Shown one piece after another: positions 13,301 to 28,300 of a stretch of 64,000 bases of DNA. A program made the position numbers and the translations under genes. The notes below the pieces were generated by a model. It was not told the DNA's origin. It worked only from the letters and a program-made list of their open reading frames with translations, and made no database searches. Position 1 is the stretch's first letter. Every line of letters begins with the position of its first letter. This DNA is from Mobula hypostoma (Eukaryota). Where the stretch lies: contig NC_086102.1 of the NCBI RefSeq assembly GCF_963921235.1, positions 54,312,001 to 54,376,000 of the forward strand. Reading direction: 5' to 3'.

Positions 13301-16300
13301 TACCACACTGATTTCATGTGGACTAATTTGGTCCATTGCTATCCTTTTGATCTTAATATAATCTGTAGAAGCCCTTGGGATTCTCCTTCACATTGTTTGC
13401 CAGAGCAAGCTAATGCCTTCTTTTAGCCCTCCTGATTTTCCTTTTAAGTGTTCTCTTGCATTCATTATACTCTTCAAGCATCTCATTTGTTCCTTGCTGC
13501 CTATACTTGCTGTGCAAAAACTCTTCTTCTTCTTAACCAGGGCCTCAATATTCTTTGAAACCAAGGTTCCCTAAACCCGTTAGACTTGCCTTTCATTCTT
13601 ACAAGGAACATACAAACTCTGCGCTCTCAGTATTTCACTTTTGAAGGTCCCCCATTTACCAAAGATCCCTTTGCCAGAAAACAACCTAACCCAATCCACA
13701 CTTGCCAGGTCCTTTCTGATGGCATCAAAATTGGCTTTTCTCCATTTAAAATCTCAAACCAAGGGCTAGTCCTATCCTTCTATGTGATTATCTTCAAACT
13801 AATGTAATTATGATCACCAGATCCAAAGTGTTTGCCGATACATATTTCAGTCACCTGCCCTGACTCATTCTCTAATAAGAGATCCAGTACCACACTCTCT
13901 CCAATTGGAATCTCTATAGATTGATTAAGACCATAAAGCCATGAAAGATAGGAACAGAATTAGGCTATTCGGTCCATTGGGTCTGCTCCACCATTCCATC
14001 ATTGCTGATTTATTATCCTTCCCAATCTTGTCCTCCTGCCTTCTACCTGTAAACTTTGACGACCTTACTACTCAAGAACCTATCAATCTCCACTTTAAAT
14101 ATATCAAACGACTTGGCCTCCACAGCCGTCTGTAGCAATGAATTCCACAGATTCACCACCTTCTGGCAAAAGCATTTCCTCCTCATAGTTGTTGTAAAGG
14201 GACATCCCTCTATTTTGAGGCTGTGCCCTCTGGGCCTAGACTCCCGCACAACGGAACATCCACTCGTTCAAAGACTTAAAATATTCAATAGGTTTCAATG
14301 AGGAAGCCCCTCATTCTTCTGAACTCCAGTGAATACTGGCCTAGAGTCATCAAACTCTGCTCATATATTAATTCTTTCATTCCTGGGATCATTTTTGTGA
14401 ATATTTTCTGGACCCTCTCCAATGCCAGCACATCTTTTCTTAGATAAGGGGCCCAAAACTGCACACAATGCTCCAAGTGCAGTCTGACCAATGCCTTATA
14501 AAGCCTTAGCATTACATCCTTGCGTTTATATTGCAGTCCTCCGGAAATGAATACTGACAATGCATTTGCCTTCCTTACCACCGACTCAACTTGCAAGTTA
14601 ATCTTTAGGGAACACTGCATGAGTTCTCCCAAGTCCCTTTGAACCTCTGAATTCTGAATTTGCTCCCCATTTGGAAAATAGTCCACACTTCTATTCCTTC
14701 TACCAAAGTGCACGACTATATTCTTTCCTACACTGTATCAATCCTCCACTTCCTTGCCAATTCTCCTAATCCATCCAAGTCCTTCTGCTGACTCACTGCT
14801 TCCTCAGCAGTACCTATCCCTCCACCTATTTTTGTATCGTCTGCAAACTTAGCCAGCAAAACATCAATTTCAATCTCCAAATCATTGACATATCAAGTGA
14901 AAAGCTATCCCAACACAGACCCCTGTGGAACACTGCTAGTCCCAGGCAGTCAGCACATATAGGCACCCTTTATTCTGACTCTGCCTTCAATCAGTCTTCT
15001 ACCTTTCCTACAATGCCATGGGCTCCTATCTTGTTTAGCAGCCTTGTCAAAGGCCTCCTGAAAATCCAAGTAAACAACATCCACTGACTCTCCTTCGCCT
15101 ATCCTGGCTGTTATTTCCTCAAAGAATCCCAGCAGGTTTGTCAGGGAAGATTTTCCCTTAAGGAAACCATGCTGACATTCACTTATTTTACCATATTCCT
15201 CCAAGTACTCCAGGTAACTCCTTAATAATGGATTCCAACATATTTACAACCACTAATGTGGTGTTAACTGGTCTATAATTTCCTTTTTTATGCCCTCCTC
15301 CCTTCTTAAAGAGTAGAGAGACACTTGTGATTTTCTAGTCCTCTGGAAACATTCTAGAATCTAACCATTCTTGAAAGGTCATTAAAAATGCCACCACAAT
15401 CTCTTCAGGTACCATTTTCAGAACCCTGGGGTGTAGTCTGTCTGGTCAGGCTGTCTTACCTAATTTCAAACGTTTCAGCTTCTCCTCAGTAAGAGCAACC
15501 ATACTGACATCTGCCCTCTGATGCTCTCAAATTGTTGGCGTACTGCTGGTGTTTTCCACAGTGAACAAAATACTTTTTAAGTTCATCTGCAATTTTTTCT
15601 CCCCCATGACTACATCTCAGGAATCTTTTTCCAGCAGTCTGATATTCATTCTTGCCTCTCTTTTACTCTTTACATATGTGAAAAAAATCTTTTGGTATCC
15701 TTTTTTATATTTTTTGGGCAGCTTACCTTAATATATTAACTTTTCTCTCCTTATAGTTGCCTTCAGTTGGTGTTTAAAACCTTCCCAATTCTCTAACTTC
15801 CCACTAAGCTTTGCTGTATTATACACCCTCTCTTTTGCTCTTATACTGTCATCCACTTCCCTTGACAGCCACAGTTGCCTCATCCTCCCTTTAGAATACT
15901 TCTTCTTCTTTGAGATGTATTGATTCTGTGACTTCTGAATTGCTTCCAGAAACTCCACCCATTGCTGTTCTGCTGTCATCTCTGCTAGTGGCACTTTCCA
16001 ATCTGCTTTGGCAAGCTCCTCTCTCATGCCTCTGTAATCCTCTTTACTCCACTGTAATACTGATACATCTGATTTTAACTTCTCACTCTCAAACTGGTAG
16101 TACAGGATTTTTATCTGAGATATGGAGGATTCAAATGTGAGATGTATTTGCTGCAGTTTTGGTAAATTTTCAAATTGTAAATACCATTTTTGTAATTTTA
16201 TGGTTCCATATACACATATCTGCATTTTTAAATTGTATATGTGGCATTTTAATCCCATAATCTTCATTATTAATAAACCACAGTGAATACTTTGTGGGTC

Positions 16301-19300
16301 ATTATTAACCATCATCTGCCTTTAGACAACCTGTCTACCAGAGTCATTGTCAGAGTTGTACAGAATAGAAACAGGCCCTTCAGTCTACCACATGTATTCT
16401 CACCATCATGTCTATTTATAGTCATTCCATTTGCCTGCATGAATTCCATATCTCTCTCTCCCTGGCTCATTTAAGTACCTGTCAAGATGCCTCATATATA
16501 TATATTTCATCACCTCCTCTGACAGCTTATTCCATTTACCAACTATTCTGGGTGTGAAAAATGTGCTCCTCAGATCCCTTTTAAACCTTCTCTTGGTCAC
16601 CTTAAATCTACGCTTCTGATTTTAGTCATTTCCACCACAGGAAACAGACATTGCTATCTATGCTATTTATGCCTCTCATAATTCTACATACCTCTAATCA
16701 TGTCTCCTCCCAGCTTGCTACAGTCTAGGGGAAACAGACCCAGTGTATCCAATTCCTTCTGCTAACTCAAGTTCTCCACTCCAGGCAACATAATTGTGAA
16801 TCTTTTCTGCAGCCTCTGTTTTAATCGTATCTTTCCTGTAGCACGCTGACCAGAACCGCACATAATATTCCAAGTGCAGACTAAGCAAACTTTTGTACAA
16901 CTGACACCTGAAGTGCCAACATCCCTACTCAGTGCCTCAGCCAATGAATCTAAGCATGCCATATGCCTTCTTCACTACCCTGTCTACTTGTATTCTCATC
17001 TTCAGGGAACTATTTCCACCATCTGCACAATCTCTGTGTCCAAGTTAAATTCCATCTGCCATTCCCTTTCTCAGTTGATCTCTATCCTGTTGTCGTTTCA
17101 CCTTCTTCAGTATCAATGACTCCACCATTTTTTTACGCCATCTACAAACTTACTCAATCACGCTACCTACATTCGCATCCAAATCATTATGTTACAAACA
17201 ACAGAGGATCCAGCAATGATCCCTGCAGCACACTACAGATCACAGGCCTCCCATCTGGAAAAGCAACCCTACACTATCACTCTCTGCTTCCTCATCTATT
17301 GAACCTTCTCACTCTGAATCCATGTGTTCTAACCTTCTGTCACAGTCTACCATGTGGAAGACTTTACTATAATGTCCATGCAGAAAACATCTACTGCTGT
17401 GCTCACGTGTCTCTTGGTTACATCTTCAATAAAAAACTATTTAATTTGTGAGATGTGATTCTGCTAATCAGTCATCATCTTTCCAAATGCTAATAAACTC
17501 TTCCTCTGAAAATCCCTTCCAATAACTTTCCCACCACTTATGCAAGACTCACTTGCCTGCAGTTTTCTGAAGTAACCCTGCTGCTCTTCTTAAATAAAGG
17601 CACAATATTAACTATCCTCCCGTGCCACACCTATGGCTGACAAAGATACCAAGATCAGGGTCCTGGTGAGTGGGAAGGAAGCGGGAAACTCAAAGTCTTT
17701 GCAGGTGGGGTTGGAAGATGGAATTGTAGGGAGCTTGGCAAGTATTAACTGATGAGCTAGAGACTAAACCTGTGTGATTTCAGAATTGTCAAATTGTTGA
17801 CTTTTGGAGCACTTCTCTAGGCACGTAATTCTCCCTTGGGTAAATTTCCTTCCATTAACTTCAGTGAAATGAATTTTAGAAACTTTAAAGTATTTTAGAA
17901 GTTTTAAAGTATAACTCCAATAATCCTCAGTTTTGTTTGTTTAAATGATACAGACTGGGATGAATTACTACCTCTGACCTTTTTGCAAATTTACTACAGG
18001 TAATTAATTTGCCCAGGCCTTTGACTGAAATGAAAACTCATTTTCTCCCTCCATATTTATTACCCCATCTGCTAAGTGTTTTCAGTATTGTTCAAAAATC
18101 TAATAATTCATTGATAGAAATGTTGTCCATGTCTTTGTTTCATTTTTCTGCTCATTAATGTATTATACTTACCAGTTACAGTGAGGCAGGTCTTGCCAGA
18201 GCTTGAATCAATATCAGATGTATTAAAGAGACATTGATAACATCCTTCATCTTCAAGCTTTATTCCAGATAGTTCTATTGTGTACACTGACTCATTTGTT
18301 GATATAAAAGAAACTCTTTTATCACGTTTCTCAAATGTATTGAGTTTTACATTAAATTTGATGATATTTTCCTCAGATTCACCTCTTAGCTTTTTCCAGA
18401 TAACCTGTTGAATATTTTCTAATTGTGTTGTACAGCTGAAGTTAACGTTTGCACTTATTACTGCTGTCTTATTCTCTTGAGTCTCTTCATGTGGACTTTT
18501 TGCTGTGAAATGGAAACAGAATATAGTTAAAATTTCCCGTCAAGACCTTGAAGTTTTCAAATTGGTATGAATGATTTTACCACAGTTTGGTAAAATGATT
18601 CTCATCAGCTTTGTTCCACTCCAAAGCCCAAAGCACAAACCCTGGACTTGTACTTCCGTGCTGATTTGAAGGAGCAGCACTGTATTGGAAGTGTACTTTT
18701 CAACTGAATGGGTAAATTGAGACCCTGACTGCTCCTCTGATACAAAGCTCTTTACAATGGACAGGGCAAGTTTTCTCCTGACCCTGGCCAATAGTGATTG
18801 CAAATCATTTATTATTAATAACATTATTAAACATCAATCCTTAAATAGTTGACACCTCAATCTGTAATAAGTTTTCATAGGCAACAACACTTGAACTGGA
18901 AAACTAGAAGAATCTGTTGCAGGACAGCAGCAAAAATACTTTTTTATTTACCTGAATATCATGTCAGAAGATGCAAGACAGCTGATCTTTATCTCAGTTA
19001 TCATATTGGTTTCTATAGCACTGCAAATACCACACCCATTATTTCCTGATTACATGCAAGGGTCAAATATGTACAGTAAAGTCCTTTTGGTACTGCACTT
19101 TACTTTTCCTGCAGGGCTCACACCTGACATTTCTTCTGGATGAAAAAGCACATAACTATGTATTTGGTTCCCAGTCACTGCCCCATTATCTATCTCTGGT
19201 GCTTTTAATAGCAATGCCTTATTTCTGGAGCATCATGAATACAACCTTTTCATGTTTCATAACAAAAGTGCCAGAAATTACTCATCTGAACTCTTGAACT

Positions 19301-22300
19301 CCCATTGTTACTCATTATTTTAAGTCTAAAAGGTAAAGAGCAAAATCTGTGATATTCTTTGTGGGGATAAAACAGCTACAGTTTGGGAAGACATTGTTAG
19401 TGAGCTACCAGGAAACTACATGCATAAAAGTTTATCCCCAGTTGCTACAGGTCATTCATGTTTTTACAGATGTCCGTAAGTTGATTTTGTCCATGATGGA
19501 AAATGAACAACAAAATAAAACTCACTTGGTATCATAACCAATGGTAACCATACCTCCACAGTACTACAAGGAGTGGCATCAAAAGCACACATGACTGATA
19601 AAGAAAGAACAATTTTAAAAAGTGGAGTGAGAAGAAACTAATTCTGCTGTTTGTAAGTATGTATATTGAATTTTTGAATTTGAATTTTGTGAGCATGCCT
19701 GTATGTAGGGGTGTTCATAAGTTGAAAGTTCTTAACCCAGGAATATCCTACACTACTAAATACATTATTACATTAACTATGTGATAGTCTGCCTTGAAAT
19801 CCATTCCAATGATATCAATGGATTACAGCACAGAAACAAGCTTTCCACCCCACCAAGTTTCACTAAGCAGCAAGCATCCATTCACAGTAGTCCCATTTTG
19901 TTCTCCCCTCAACATTCCTGTCATTCATGCAATTTACTGCGGCCAATCTATCAACCTGCACATCTTTGATGTGTGAGTGGAAACCACTGCAGCCAAAGGA
20001 AATCCGTGTGGTCATGGAGAGAATGTCCAAATAACTGAGGTCAGGATTGAAGCCGGGCACTGGAGCTCTGGGGCAACAGCTTTATTAGCGCATATTGTGG
20101 ACAGCACTATTCTGAATCTAGATTATTTAACCCACTGTTTACCTCAGGTCCTCAAATGAAATTTGAATTAACTTCTATTTCATCTTACTAATCCTGCAAT
20201 TTAACAACTGACCACATGATTTCCTTAGCAATACACAAAGTACTCTCATAACTACTGATCCAGGCAGAATACCTGTCAGTGCAACAAGGAAAATAAAATG
20301 GTTTAAGAACATACGATGCTAAGCACATAACTGAGCAACATCCCATTCATGATCCAGTTAAACCCGTGGACTGTAGACTGCTAAATTGCCTGATTGCTTC
20401 TCAGCTGCAAGGTCAGCCTCATGGGAAATAAAACATCTTAATTAATCAACACACCATGAGATATGTGTTTCAAAATGATCCAAATTGAATTTTCAGTAGT
20501 AATAGACAATACCTATTATCGATTAGACATAACTTATTGCTTATTCTTACTAATTAACATCAACTTCAGGTAAGTAAATATCAGTTGTATTTTTAAGTAA
20601 AAAGTAAATATTTTAGTCACTTTTACATGAGATAATGAAATTACAGAACAGACTATCATAGATGATTTTAATTCAATCAATTCTATTTCAAGATAACAAT
20701 TAACAAAAAAAGATTGAGAGTTTTGTTTGAATAGGTTAGTTTGAATGATGCAAGAATTTAAAAAATTCTGGAATCTTGCACGAGTTTGCATTCATGATTA
20801 AATAGTCACATAGGGAATGTGGAAGGAGATAATTTAATGAGCGAAGTGGACTTCGGTGGTTGAAGACATACTTTATTTTTATTTGTACAAGTCTTACCAA
20901 GTACATTCAGGCAGGTCTTCCCAATATTTGATCCAGCTGGGAATGTCGTGAAGAGACACTGATAACATCCTTTATCTTCATATCTCACTCCAGAAAGTAC
21001 AAGGGTGGATTCTTGCAGCTTTGATGTCAAAATAGACACCCTATCCATAAATGGTCCAAATACTTTGGGTCCAATTTTTTCATTGTAGATGGCGATGTTT
21101 TCCTCTGTTTGACCATTTAACTTTTGCCAGGTCACCTGTAGAATATCATTTAAATTTGTTGTACAAGTGAAGGAAAGTCTTTCTCCGAAAACTGCTGTTA
21201 TTTTTTCCTTTGTCTTCACAATCGGACTTTGAGCTGTGAAACAGAAATAAAATAGAATATTGTAAAGAAAACTAATCAACCATTTCACAAATATTTATTC
21301 CCAAAACACTCAAAGGTATGCTAATTATACTGGATATACATATGTCTTGGATGAGAATGCATGTGTCTGATAGCATATTTACAGAAGAGGTAAAAATTTG
21401 TGCCTGCTGAAGGGTCTCGGCCCGAAATGTAAACTGCACTTTTTTCCATTGATGCTGCCTGACCTGTTGAGCTCCTCCAGCATTTTGTGTGTGTTGCAAA
21501 AAATTGTGGAGGTTGTAGATAGCAAAAAAGGTAGCCTATGTGTACAGCGGGACACAGATCAGTCAGAAAGTTAAGCAGAGAAATGGTAAATGGAATGAGC
21601 TAATGCACCTTGGAAAGCAAATCCTTGCAGGATATGTACAGTAAATGGTAAGAACTTTAGGAGTATTGATGCATAGAGGGACCTTTGGGTGCAAGTCTAT
21701 AGCTCACTGAAAATGGTAATCTAGCTGCATAGGAAAACAAGGAAGACATTTTGTCTGCTTGGTTTCATAGGCAGAGATATTGAGTATAAGAGTTATGGTG
21801 TCATGTTATAGCTGTATGAAACATTGGTTAGACCACACTGGAGTGTTGGGTACAGCTCCATTTGCCACACTGGAGGGAGGGTGCTGTAACAATAGAAAGA
21901 GTGCAGAAGAGATTCACCAGATAGTTGCCTGGAATGGTGGGCTACACAGAAATTGAATAGCTGGGTTTATTCTTACTGGAACATACAGTGTGCTAGAAAG
22001 TTTGTGAACCCTGTAGAATTTTCTGTATTTTGGCATAAATATGACCTAAAATGTGATCAGATCTTCACATTAAGTCCTAAAATGAGATAAAGAGAACCCA
22101 ATTAAATAAATGACACAAAATATTATACTTGTTCATTTACTTATTGAGAAAAATGATCTCTACAATTCTTCTTCTAAGGTCCTCTGAAAGTTGTTTTGAT
22201 CACGGCATGGTGCACACAAACAGATCTTTCTTGAGAAGAGCAGACTCTGTCAGTAACCTGACTTGGTGAGCCTTTTTTATAAGGCAGGGCACGTCCACAA

Positions 22301-25300
22301 CCCACACCTCCAATCTCACCACATTGATTGGAACACCTGACTCCAAATAGCTTTTGTAGAAGGCATTACCCAAGAGGTTCACATACTTTCACCAACAGAT
22401 ATATGTAATACTGTAATTTTGTAATAATGTAATATATGCAAATTTGCCTCCAACTTCCACCCTGCTCTCAAATTTACCCGGTTCATTTCTGACACCTCCC
22501 TCCCCCTCCTCAATCTCTCTGTCTCTATCTCTGGAGACAGCTTATCTACCGATGTCCACTATAAACCCATGGACTCTCACAGCTACCTGGACAATACCTC
22601 TTCCCACTATGGTACGTATAAAAACGCAATCCCCTTCTCATAATGCCTCTTCCCCTCTCTTTTACCTTGCCCCTGTACGTTTCGAAACATTTAAACCTTG
22701 GAACAGCCAACAGCCATTCTGTTAGCCAAGTCTCTATAATATCACAACATCGTAGTTCCATGTGCTGATCTATATTATAAGTGCATCACCCATGTTTCTG
22801 ATACTCTTTGCATTAAAATAGACTCACTTCAACACATCCTACTGACTGCAATTATACCCCATCCAGTACCTATTCTTCCTCACAGTCTGTCCGCATACTG
22901 AATCTACCATTACACCTGCTGCCTATTTTCTGACCTTCCCACCCCCTGCCAAACTAGTTGAAATCCTTCCCAATAGCTCAAGCAAATCTGCCCACAAGGA
23001 TATTGGTCTCCCTTGAATTAAGGTATAACCTGTCCCTTTTGTACAGGATATACCTTCTCTGGAAGAGTTTTCAATGATTCACAAATCTGAAACCAGCTCT
23101 TCAGCCACACGTACACTTGCTAAATTATCCTATTATTATCCATACCAGTGCATGGCACAGGCTGCAATCCAGAGATTATTGCCCATGAGGTGCTGCTTTA
23201 GGATTCCTACCTAACTCCTTCTATTTGCTCTTCAGGACTTCACGTCCCTTTTCCTACCTATGTCAATTGTATCAATATATACGACTTGCGGTTGTCCACC
23301 CTCTCCCTTAAGAATGCTATGGACGCGATCTGAGATGTCTTTGATCCTGGAACCTTGGAGGTAACAAAACATCTGGGAGTCTCTTTCATATCCAGGAAAT
23401 CTCCTCTCTGTTGCCTTAAGTACCGAATCCTCTATCATCACCCCTCTTTCCTTCTTCCTCTTCCCTTCTGATCCACGGTGACTGTGATCCTCAGTGACTC
23501 GTAAGGGTACAAAGATTATGGGATGAAGGCAGGTGAATGGGGCTGAGGGGGAATAATAAATCAGCCATGACCGAATGGCAGAGCAGACTCAAAAGGCGTA
23601 ATGGCCTAATTTTGCTCCTATATCTTATGGTCTTCCATGCAGAGGGTGGTCGTTACCTGGAGGAGGTAGTGTGGCAGATACAATTACAACATTTTAAAGG
23701 CTAAATGACAGATAATTAGATCAGAAAGGCATAGGAGGATATGGGCCAAATGCAAACAAATGGGATTAGTGTAATTAGACATCATGGGCCAAAAAGGACC
23801 TGTTTCTATGCTGACAATTCAATGATTGTATGAGATGGGAAATAAACTTCATTATTTCATCCAACAAAATAGTAAATAGCTGTTTTTTAATATAGCTAAT
23901 CCAATTGTGTTTGGAATGCTGTTTATTATTAATAAAGAACTTACTCATTCTTGTAATAAACTTTGCACAGAGTTTTGCCAATAATATTTTTTTCCTACTG
24001 TGAGAACAGGAGCATAAATGTCAACCGAACAGCTACACTTCATTAGGAGTTTGAAGGGATTTGGCACGTCACTGAATACACTCAGAAACTTCTATAGTTG
24101 TACTGTGGAGAGCATTCTGACAGGCTGCATCACTGTCTGGTATGGAGGGGCTACTGCACAGGACCGAAAGAAGCTGCAGAATCTAGTCAGCTCCACCTTG
24201 GGTACTAGCCTACAAAGTACCCAGGACATCTTCAGGGAGCCGTGTCTCAGAAAGGTCCATTACTAAGGTCCTCCAGCACCCAGGACATGCCCTTTTCTCA
24301 CTGTTACCATCAGGTAGGAGATACAAAAGCCTGAAGGCACACACTCAGCGATTCAGGAACAGCTTCTTCTCCTTTGCCATCCGATTCCTAAATGAACATT
24401 GAATCTTTGGACACTATCTCACCTTTTTTAATATACAGTATTTATGTTTTTGTATGTTTTTAAAAATCTATTCAATGTACACAATTGATTCACTGGTATA
24501 GTTATTATTAGTTTTTTCTCTCTGCTACATTATGTATTGCATTGAACTGCTGCTGCTAAGTTAACAAATTTCATGTCACATGCTGGTGATAATAAACCTG
24601 ATTCTGATTCTGAAGTAGCTTCCACAGGCCTAGACAGTGACTCAAGACCACAAGTTTGAGCTCCAACACAGCAGCTGGGAAGTTAAATGTAATTTAATAA
24701 ATCTATAATTACTAATGGTTAGCATGAAGTTACTAATGTACTTAAGGGAAAGAACCCTTGCCTACTTATTACTGATCAGCACGTGTGATTTCAGTCTGAC
24801 TAACTTTCTCCTATGTTGACATCAATAGGGATGGAGACTGAATGCTAGCTTTACAAGTTTCTTTACATCTCATGAACAAATAAGTAGAACAAAAGACCTG
24901 TTCCTGCAGTAGAGGCACCAGGTCATGAGGTCAGTCAGTATAGCAAGCAACTTCTTTTCTGTATGGGATTCCACACAATTTTGATGATCACTTCGAAGAG
25001 CATGGGGATATTACGAATATCTCTGCTGGGACATAAGATGGAGATCTATAGAACTGGCAGCTGACCCAAATTTATCCCTTACCCATTCAGTTAATGGTGC
25101 TTTGGTATTTTGAATTTTGTGGGAAATTTTGAATTTGTATTTAGATTCTTACAATAAGATCCATTTACATGGACCATAATATACTCCACTTCCACCAAAA
25201 TAGAGTAGATTTAGATGAAGCATCCGAAGAAAGACTGCTTTTCACACAAATATTTAGAAAATGGAAGCTTTATGGATATTTCAATGTAATTCTAAACTAG

Positions 25301-28300
25301 GAAGTTGGAGCACATACAAAATTGCTGAAGGAACCACGGTGCCACGGTGGCGTAGCAGTTAGTGTGATGCTATTACAGCTCTGGGGATCGGAATTAGAGT
25401 TCAATCCTGGCATCCTCTGTAAGGAGTCTGTACGTCTTCCCTATGGAATGCATGGGTTTTCTCCGGTGCTCCCATTTCCTCCCACAGTCCAAACATGCAC
25501 TGGTTAGTTGGTTAAGTGGTCATTGTAAATTGTCCCGTGATTAGGTTAGGATTAATTCTGGTTGTCAGGGGTTGCTAGGCAGCGCAGCTAGAAACATAGA
25601 AACATAGAAAATAGGTGCAGGAGTAGATCATTCGGGGGCCAGAAAGGCCTATTTCACTCTGTATCTGTAAATAAATAAATAAACAAATGAATTCCGCAGG
25701 TCAGGCAGCATCTATGGAGGGCAGTAACAATCAACATTTTGGGCTGATAACCTTCTTCATGATTGGAAAGGAAGGGGTCAGAAGCCAGAATAAGAAAGTG
25801 GAGGTGCGGTGGTGGGGGGGGGGGGGTAGGAGAATACAAGCTGGCAGGTGGTAGGTAAGACCAGGTGAGGGGGAAGGTGGATGAAGTAAGAAGCAGGGAG
25901 GGGATAGGTGGAACGGGCAAAGGGCTGAAGAAGAAGGAATGTGATAGGAGAGAACAGCAGATAATGGAGGAAAAGAAAGGAGGAGGGGAACTAGAGGGAG
26001 GTGATGGGCAGGTGAGAGGGTAGCCAAAGTGGGGAATAGAGAAAGAGAGGAGGGAGGGGGGAGAGATTACCAGAAATTGAAGAAATCAATGTTTATGCCA
26101 TCAAGTTGGAGGTTACTTGCTCCTCCAATCTGAGTGCGGCCCTTTTGTGGCAGCAGAGGAGGCCATGAACAGAGAAGTCCGAATGGGAATGGAAGTTGAA
26201 TTGAAATGGATGGCCACCTGGAAATCCTGCCTTTTGTGGCTAACAGAGTAAAGATGCTTGACAAAGCAGTCCCCAAATCTGTGTCAGGTCAGGTCCCACT
26301 GATGTAAAGGAGGCCACGCTGGGAGCAATGGATACAATAGATGACCCCGACAGACTTGCAGATGATGTATTGCCACACCTGGACGGACCATTTGGATCCT
26401 GAATGGTGGTGAGGGAGGAGGTGTAGGAGCAGGTGTAGCCCTGAGTGATGAGGCCAAACTCAGTTTTTAGTAATCTCTGCCCCATCCAACCTTCTATTCC
26501 CCACTCTGGCTACACTCTCACCCCTTCCCTTCTTCTCAGTTGCCCATCACCTCCCTTTGGTTCCCTTCCTCCTTCCCTTTCTTCCATGATCTACTGTCCT
26601 TTCATATCAGATTCCTTCTATCGCCTTTTACCTCTTCCACCTATCCTCTCCCAGCTTCTTACATCATCCCCCTCTCCCACCAATCTACTTTCCCTCTCCC
26701 TCCTATCACCTGTTAGCTTGCACTCCTACCTCCCCCCCACCATCTTCTTATTCTGGCTTCTGACCCCCTCCCTTTCCAATTATGCTGAAGGGTTTCAGAC
26801 AAAAACCATCAACAGTTTACTCCCCTTTATAGATGCTGCCTGTCTTGCTGAGTTCATCCAGCATTTTGTGTGTGTTGCTTACTATTATTAACATCTGCAG
26901 AAACTTGCGTTCAGGAAACTAGAAATTGTTTTGTTTCTGTAAACCTGAAAAGGTCATAAGTAAATACAATAATAGGTTTCTGATTTATTGGAAGTCTTGA
27001 TTGTACAACCAATGCACATAAATAACATGACAAGAGGCTCACTGTGCTATCGGCTCCTAGCATACCCCCATCATCATTCTTGAATATAGAACATTAGCTA
27101 CCATTCTCAACTTTTCATTCTCTCCTCCATGCTTAACACTAGTACAAAGTATCCATTCAGGACACCACACATATCCGCTGGCCCTTCACAAGGACTTCCC
27201 TTTAGTTCCCAAGGTAACTTCCTCTTTTCCTAGCTATCCCCTTGCTTCTAAAATACTATGGAAGTTTATGGAACTCTCTTTGATTCTGTTTATCTCAGAA
27301 GTGAATTCACTGGCTTCCCATCCGAGAGGCAGGAATTATCCCCCCCAAAAGCGGCTTTCTACTTTTCTAATTTAGATTGTTGTTCTGTTCTCAATCCTTT
27401 CTGTCTGAAAGTACCACAATTTCTTGGTACTTTCAAATCTTCTCATTTAGAGAATACTGGAGGATAGCCAGCAGTTTAAACTAACAAACACTTGTATTTT
27501 ATTTATAGAAAGAAAATGACAATGTTTCTTGACATAAACACTCAGTCTTTCTGGCAGCTTCCTGAATGAAACATGCAGCATTCAGTTAGTCACACTTAAA
27601 TTCCTTAACGTCTCATAATATTCCACATGTTACACCCCTGCTTGAGAGTGAAAAACAAAAAGTAAAGAGCCAAGTCTAAAACATTTGTCTACCTCAGGCT
27701 TTATCATAGCACAAGGTCCTCTAGATAAATTGGGTTGTTGGCTCCATACTTGTTCCACTGATAAAGGAATACCATCTTCATTGCGAATTAGTTTGATGCG
27801 TGATGAGGTGTGTGGAATCACTGCTGATCTCTGCCATATCCAGCATCATTCTGATGGTTGGCCTCACCTCATTGGGTCTCCACATTTAGTGGCATCATAT
27901 TTGTTGCAACTCTGTGCCTGTCCTGCCCCCCAGTTGCCTATTTACACTTCCTTGGGGTTCTGACTTTACTGCTCTAATCACCCGTTAATTGCATCAACAC
28001 TATCTTCCCACTTTTGGCTTGCTATATCTTGGTCAGTCACATCTCTGTATTGTAAAACTTTCAAATAAGCTTTCTGATATGCCGCAATAAAATTCACAGC
28101 AATGCTCAGCAACACAAGACATTCTTGCAGATGCTGGAAATCTTGAGAAACACGCACAAAATGCTGGAGGAACTCAGCAAGTTAGGCAGCATCTGTGGAG
28201 GAGAGTAAACAGTCAATGTTTCAGGCCACTGTGCCTTGGTTTCACCTTCTCCTAACCAGCTTTCACATAGCTTTGATGTACATTGAAGTCATAGTGGTAC

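Noticed and set aside
15728-16315. 195-aa minus ORF as a host gene
   Set aside because: The C-terminal part is CR1 ORF2 linker (WSKEDYRGMREELAKADW); the N-terminal part is chance read-through.
20806-21288. Track ORF as a complete single-exon secreted Ig protein (MKWLISFLYNILFYFCF...)
   Set aside because: The apparent leader is the translated polypyrimidine tract of the acceptor, and the C-terminus runs past a GTAAGA donor. A better leader exon exists at 36752-36794.
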